Shown here piece by piece: positions 26,204 through 30,529 of a stretch of 30,529 nt of DNA. A model generated the notes under the pieces. The model saw only the letters and a program-made list of their open reading frames with translations. It searched no databases and was not told where the DNA came from. The stretch spans positions 1 through 30,529 of the forward strand of contig CANQKU010000001.1 in assembly GCA_947624535.1 (NCBI GenBank), given 5' to 3'. The position numbers and the translations under genes are program-made. The first letter of the stretch is position 1. Each line of letters opens with the position of its first letter. Source of the DNA: an uncultured Bacilli bacterium. GTDB lineage: Bacteria > Bacillota_I > Bacilli_A > RF39 > UBA660.

Positions 26204-26247
26204 TTGATTAAAACTAATGTTTGACTTATAATGAAGCTGTTAGGGGG
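26204..26247 (+). promoter_or_regulatory. Promoter and RBS of the mini-tnpB
   Basis: TTGATT (26204-26209), 17 nt, TATAAT (26227-26232); AGGGGG (26242-26247); ATG 26254. Confidence 0.65.
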
Positions 26248-26253
26248 ATATAC

Positions 26254-26493
26254 ATGATAATTAATAAAGCATTATCTAGAAGTATGAGAGGAAGTAAAAA
26301 TAGAGAAAAAATAATAAAAAAATTACAAAGAAATTATGAAAAATTAAGAAATGCAAGAAAATATTATACCCATTTAATAACAAGTAATTTAGTAAAAGAA
26401 AATGACATAATCGCATGTGAAACATTAAAAGTAAAAGATATGATTGAAGAAACTAAGCATCGTTTTAGAAAATATATAGAACAAATAGTTTAA
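26254..26493 (+). pseudogene. tnpB: Internally deleted TnpB (IS200/IS605 family), 79 aa
   Basis: LSRSMRGSKNREKIIKKLQRNYEKLRNARKYYTHLITSNLVKENDIIACETLKVKDM matches the TnpB segment leading into RuvC-II (E). No HTH, RuvC-I, zinc finger or RuvC-III. Confidence 0.8.
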
Positions 26494-26512
26494 AAAAATA
26501 AATCAAAAAAAT

Positions 26513-26624
26513 AAGTACGGTAGCGACTATCGGAGATTGGTCTTTGGAGGGTAGAAATTATCCAGTGAAGAAGAAAATCCAAACCGTGAGGTTTGGGCAT
26601 GATTTATAAATAAATCATTTGTTC
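26513..26624 (+). ncRNA. TnpB omegaRNA (reRNA)-like scaffold / IS right end; exact 3' boundary uncertain
   Basis: TACGGTAGCGACTATCGG...TTTGGAG...GTGAAGAAGAAAAT follows the usual tnpB 3' pattern. Hairpins CGGTAG/CTATCG, CCAAACC-GTGA-GGTTTGG (GNRA loop) and ATGATTTA-TAAA-TAAATCAT. Confidence 0.7.
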
Positions 26625-26630
26625 TTGAAA

Positions 26631-26639
26631 TGATATAAT
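26631..26639 (+). promoter_or_regulatory. Extended -10 element upstream of the GNAT gene
   Basis: TG-A-TATAAT with no recognisable -35; GAGAGGT RBS follows. Confidence 0.5.
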
Positions 26640-26665
26640 TGTATTAAGAAATTGAGAGGTATAAA

Positions 26666-27154
26666 ATGGATTATAAGATTGAGTTAGCTGATATAAAAGA
26701 TATAAATTCTATCTTAATATTATATTCTGATAGAATGAAATGGTTTAAAGATAATAATATAAAACAATGGAGTAGATATCTTGAAAATCATCCTAAGGAA
26801 GAATTTGAAGAGGCAATAAAAAATGGAACTTTTTATATTGTAAAACAAAATGATGAAGTAGTTGCAGGTTTTGAGGTATCTACTAATAGTAAGTATTGGA
26901 ATGATAATATTACACCAGCATATTACATATATAAAATTGTTACAAAAGTAGGACATAAAAATTTAGGACAAGTTATATTTAAAAAGTGTGAGGAATTAGC
27001 GAAATTAAATGGTAAGAAATATTTGAGAATAGAATGTCTAAAATCAAATGAAAAATTAAATATCATATATGAACAACATAATTTCAAACTTGTAAAATAT
27101 GGAAATAATGAACGATATAGTTATTCACTTAGGGAATTGAAGATAGATGAGTAA
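26666..27154 (+). CDS. GNAT family N-acetyltransferase
   Basis: MDYKIELADIKDI..., VVAGF, YIYKIVTKVGHKNLGQ (motif A), YLRIEC..SNEKLNIIYEQHNF (motif B). Confidence 0.85.
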   Translation: MDYKIELADIKDINSILILYSDRMKWFKDNNIKQWSRYLENHPKEEFEEAIKNGTFYIVKQNDEVVAGFEVSTNSKYWNDNITPAYYIYKIVTKVGHKNLGQVIFKKCEELAKLNGKKYLRIECLKSNEKLNIIYEQHNFKLVKYGNNERYSYSLRELKIDE

Positions 27155-27215
27155 AACAATAATTGGAATTGTAGTAAAATATAAAGATGCTTTGATAAAC
27201 TTTCTGAAGTTCTGA
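27147..27215 (+). pseudogene. Short ORF overlapping the GNAT stop, possible decayed gene start
   Basis: MSKTIIGIVVKYKDALINFLKF*. The N-terminus recalls peptidase C26 starts (KPIIGI), but there is no continuing frame. Confidence 0.25.
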
Positions 27216-27370
27216 TAAAGAAATTTCATTTTATTTTTAAAGATGTAACTTTAAATGACAATGAAAAGAATGGATTAATGTTGGAAATATTGTAACCTCT
27301 TTACTAAGTAATGTAGAAACTGATATGAAGAATTATTAAATTTTGAAATAGACGAATAATTAGAGAAAAT

Positions 27371-27402
27371 TATCATCCTATAAATTTTAATGTAGGATGA
27401 TA
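27371..27402 (+). terminator. Hairpin / probable terminator
   Basis: TATCATCCTATA-N8-TGTAGGATGATA, followed by a T-rich tract. Confidence 0.55.
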
Positions 27403-27426
27403 TTTCATTTTCTATTTCAAAAGATA

Positions 27427-27455
27427 TTGTTCATTTATTTATTTTGTGGTATATT
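27427..27455 (+). promoter_or_regulatory. Probable promoter of the glycosylation locus
   Basis: TTGTTC, 17 nt, TG-G-TATATT. Confidence 0.45.
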
Positions 27456-27516
27456 GATATAAAGTGTAGAAAGGAATAAGAGGGAATATTATTATATTAA
27501 ATTAAGGAGTATCAGT

Positions 27517-29442
27517 ATGTATAAGGTTTGCGAAAAAGTAAATATATTTATTCCTGGGAGAATTGGATTAATTGGAGAATTAAGTGATTGGGCTAGTGAA
27601 TATAAGTTTGAAAATCAAGATATTACAGTAGGGCGTGTTATTACTTCAAAAATTGATAAAGGTATTTTTGCGACTGTTTGTAAAAGTGAAACTTTAAAAT
27701 TCCATATGGAAGAATATAGTTTTGAATGTGGAATGAATGAGGATGAATTAGACTCTGAGGCTAAAAGCGGTAGCTTTTATTCATATTTTTGTGGAACTGC
27801 ACTTCATATGTTGCGTAAGTATAACGTAGGCGGTATTTATGTAGATGTTTTATATAATACTCTACCTATTCAAAAAGGCCTAGCTTCTTCAGCAGCAATT
27901 TGTTCTTTATTTGTAAAAGCTTTTAATGAACTTTATGACCTAAATTTGAGTGAAAATGAATTGATGGATGATGCTTATTATGGTGAAAGACTTGCCCTAT
28001 CTTCTTGTGGTAGGCTAGATCAAATTGTATTAAAAAAAGAAAGTTCATTATTCAAAATGATATTTTATGAAGATTGTGTTTCTATTACACCTATAAATGT
28101 TAAGAAAGAATTAAATTTAGTAGTTGTTAATTTAATGGCTAAAAAAGATACTAAAAAAATTTTATCTTCTCTTAGAAATTGTTATCCATTTGCAAAAAAT
28201 CCAAAGCAAAAAAGATTACAAGAAATGCTTGGGGATCAAAACTATCAATTGGTGGAAGAAATGCATCAAGCTCTTAGTGAAGGTGATATAGAAAAAGTAG
28301 GTGAGTTATTTACTGAGAGTCAACTGTTAATGGATCAAGCTGCTATTCCTATTTGTAGTGAATATAAAGCTCCTGTCTTACACAGTGTTATAGAAGATGA
28401 ATATATCAAGAAATTATCATATGGAGCTAGAGGAATGGGCTCTGGTGGAGACGGCAGTATGCAAATTCTAGCTAAAGATAAAAAAGCTCAACAACTAATT
28501 TTAAAATATGTAACTGAAAAACTAAATATGGAAGCTTTTTGTTGTAATATAAAACCTGCTCATAAGATTAAAAAAGCAATTATTCCAGTCGCAGGCTTTG
28601 CTACTAGGTTGTATCCAGTTAGTAGAGCTTTAAAAAAAGCATTTTTACCAATTTATGATCAAGGTGTATTAAAGCCATTAATTTTAAAATTAGTTGAAGA
28701 TTTAGATGAAGCTGGAATTGAAGAGATATGTCTTGTTATTAATAAAGAAGATCAAGCTGAGTATGATAAAATTTTTAAAGATACCTTACCAAAAAAATAT
28801 TATCAAAAACTAGATCAAAAAAACTTAGAGTATGACTTTAACTTACTACGAATTGGTGCTAAAATTAAGTATGTTATTCAAGATGATACTTTAGGCTTTG
28901 GACATGCCGTATATTTATGCAAAGACTTTGTCAAAGATGATCCTGCTTTAATGATTTTAGGAGATACTTATTATAAATCAAATACTGATATCTCTTGCAT
29001 AAAACAAGTAATTGCTTATTACGATGAAATAGAAAAAAATATCATAGGTATCCATGAAATTGATGAAGATATGCTTGATAGATATGGAGTTTTAACAGGT
29101 GTTTGGACTGATAGTAACAAAAAACTTATGACAGTTCAAGAACTAGTTGAAAAACCTAGTCTTGAATATGCTAGTAAAAATTTAAAATTAGATAAAAAAT
29201 ACTATGGTAATTTTGGAATATGGGCTATTAAAAATGATGTTTTTACATCCCTTGAAGAAATTATTTTAAATAAAAATGTATCTAGTACTAATGAATATGA
29301 ATTTGTTGATGCTCTAGCAAGAATTTTGGATAAATCCGATATAAAAGCTTTAAAAATAGATGGTACTTCTTATGATGTTGGTAATTTAGCATCTTATCAA
29401 GAAACATTATTATCTACTATTGATAGTGATAAATTAGATTAA
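27517..29442 (+). CDS. Bifunctional GHMP sugar kinase (N) / GalU-like sugar-1-phosphate nucleotidyltransferase (C)
   Basis: PGRIGLIGELSDW, PIQKGLASSAA, GMGSGGDG; then KAIIPVAGFATRLYP, LGFGHAV, LGDT, VEKP, YDVGN. Confidence 0.87.
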   Translation: MYKVCEKVNIFIPGRIGLIGELSDWASEYKFENQDITVGRVITSKIDKGIFATVCKSETLKFHMEEYSFECGMNEDELDSEAKSGSFYSYFCGTALHMLRKYNVGGIYVDVLYNTLPIQKGLASSAAICSLFVKAFNELYDLNLSENELMDDAYYGERLALSSCGRLDQIVLKKESSLFKMIFYEDCVSITPINVKKELNLVVVNLMAKKDTKKILSSLRNCYPFAKNPKQKRLQEMLGDQNYQLVEEMHQALSEGDIEKVGELFTESQLLMDQAAIPICSEYKAPVLHSVIEDEYIKKLSYGARGMGSGGDGSMQILAKDKKAQQLILKYVTEKLNMEAFCCNIKPAHKIKKAIIPVAGFATRLYPVSRALKKAFLPIYDQGVLKPLILKLVEDLDEAGIEEICLVINKEDQAEYDKIFKDTLPKKYYQKLDQKNLEYDFNLLRIGAKIKYVIQDDTLGFGHAVYLCKDFVKDDPALMILGDTYYKSNTDISCIKQVIAYYDEIEKNIIGIHEIDEDMLDRYGVLTGVWTDSNKKLMTVQELVEKPSLEYASKNLKLDKKYYGNFGIWAIKNDVFTSLEEIILNKNVSSTNEYEFVDALARILDKSDIKALKIDGTSYDVGNLASYQETLLSTIDSDKLD

Positions 29443-29480
29443 TTTATACTATATGAAAAAGTATATTAAGGGGTGATTAC

Positions 29481-30023
29481 ATGTCTAATCGAATAAAAAA
29501 AGTGTTGATACTAGGAAGTTTATTAATTATTTTTACAATTATTTATATTCTCACCTTTCACTTTAAATTTACTAAATTTATTAATATTTATTCTTATAAT
29601 GGAATATTAAATTTATTCTTAATTAGTGTAATCTTTAGTATAATTTTAATTTTATTATTAAAATTTCATAAATTTAATATTGACTTTAAAGATTGTCTTA
29701 TTACTATATTACTTTTTTCATCAACACACTTATTTTTCTTTTGTTTAGTTCCTGTTACGATTGAAAGATCTATTAGTGTTTATCTTCTAAATGAATTAAA
29801 TAAAGAAGCCTTAACAAAAGATGATTTTGAACAAAAATTTATAGAAAAATATGTTTATGAAAATGATGCTGTTGGAAAAAGATTAGATGAGCAAATCTAT
29901 ACTGGAACAATTACTAGTAATAAAAGGCATGAATACTCTTTAAATAAGAAGGGTCAAGTTTTTTATAATTTATTTAAATGGATAAATAAAATATACCATG
30001 TAAATAGTAATGTTTTAACTTAA
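29481..30023 (+). CDS. Membrane protein (3 predicted TM) with soluble C-terminal tail
   Basis: Hydrophobic N-terminal half, then ERSISVYLL...KRLDEQ...GTI...YSLNKKG, which resembles a winged-helix end. Confidence 0.7.
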   Translation: MSNRIKKVLILGSLLIIFTIIYILTFHFKFTKFINIYSYNGILNLFLISVIFSIILILLLKFHKFNIDFKDCLITILLFSSTHLFFFCLVPVTIERSISVYLLNELNKEALTKDDFEQKFIEKYVYENDAVGKRLDEQIYTGTITSNKRHEYSLNKKGQVFYNLFKWINKIYHVNSNVLT

Positions 30024-30047
30024 TAATATAGTGATAGGGAGGATAAA

Positions 30048-30529
30048 ATGATTAAACAGAAGTTGAAAACTATCAAAAATAGTATTAAAGACTTTGGTAT
30101 CTTTAATATTATAGTTTTATTTATTTATGTTTTGTGTATTATAGCAATTGCAATGCATCATGAATTTTCAGTTGATGAGTCACAAAGTTTTTTAATTAGT
30201 AGAGATCTTGGTATATTAGATATTTTAAAACAATTACGATATGAAGGTCATTCATTTTTTTGGTACTTTTTACTTATGCCAATAGCTAAATTAGGTAGTA
30301 GTATTGAGCTTCAAAAGATAATACCAATTACAGCCTCTAGTATAACTGCGATTGTTATTTTAAAAAAAGCTCCATTTAATATGCTTACTAAAATTTTATT
30401 AGTTTTTAGTTCAGGTATGTTATATTATTATAGTTCTTTTGCTAGACCATACTGTTTTGTACCACTATTTCTTTTCTTATTAGCAGATATGGATAAAGAT
30501 AAGAAACACCATCCATATAAATATGCGGT
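30048..30529 (+). CDS. GT-C fold membrane glycosyltransferase (partial, runs off the window; absent from the ORF track)
   Basis: GGAGG RBS, ATG 30048, open to the end: MHHEFSVDESQSFLISRD...LRYEGHSFFWY...YYYSSFARPY. This is a DE motif after TM1, typical of ArnT/PMT-like GT-C enzymes. Confidence 0.75.
   Translation, partial: MIKQKLKTIKNSIKDFGIFNIIVLFIYVLCIIAIAMHHEFSVDESQSFLISRDLGILDILKQLRYEGHSFFWYFLLMPIAKLGSSIELQKIIPITASSITAIVILKKAPFNMLTKILLVFSSGMLYYYSSFARPYCFVPLFLFLLADMDKDKKHHPYKYA

Noticed and set aside
26221-26253. TTG start for the TnpB remnant
   Set aside because: It overlaps the promoter spacer and -10. The RBS points to ATG 26254.
673-26956. Short antisense or alternative-frame ORFs in the track (673-864, 1277-1507, 1617-1847, 5437-5634, 8123-8347, 17452-17673, 17695-17934, 18322-18567, 21259-21510, 22299-22550, 23153-23377, 26720-26956)
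   Set aside because: They lie within or opposite well-supported genes, have F/L/I/S-rich shadow composition and show no recognisable motif.
26666-27154. GNAT as toxin of a type II toxin-antitoxin pair
   Set aside because: There is no upstream RHH/DUF1778 antitoxin gene, and the sequence looks like an ordinary small-molecule GNAT.

Overview
Very AT-rich window from a low-GC Bacillota (Bacilli-like) chromosome. It uses the standard code (TGA is a stop) and murC is present; a reduced gut lineage such as RF39 is an inference only. The left ~17 kb is core genome in Bacillus-like order: rbgA, rnhB (with an unusual N-terminal fusion), an orphan ORF, topA, an orphan ORF, xerC, a comN-like gene, secDF, rel, dtd, an AI-2E transporter, murC, an SDR and an elongator tRNA-Met. 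The right ~13.5 kb is accessory. It holds (i) an XRE regulator divergent from a six-gene envelope cluster with four lipoproteins, two of which share a DNA-level 5' cassette; (ii) a tightly spaced four-gene operon (RNase J-like MBL/beta-CASP hydrolase, catalytically degenerate DnaQ-like protein, PD-(D/E)xK nuclease-like protein, Ogg/HhH glycosylase-like protein) bracketed by two near-identical hairpins, which is the best candidate for an undescribed nucleic-acid-targeting defence system; (iii) a 79-aa internally deleted tnpB with intact-looking promoter/RBS and omegaRNA-like right end; (iv) a GNAT; and (v) the start of a surface-glycosylation locus (GHMP kinase-GalU-like fusion, membrane protein, partial GT-C). 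All family calls come from motif recognition by eye; no searches were run.
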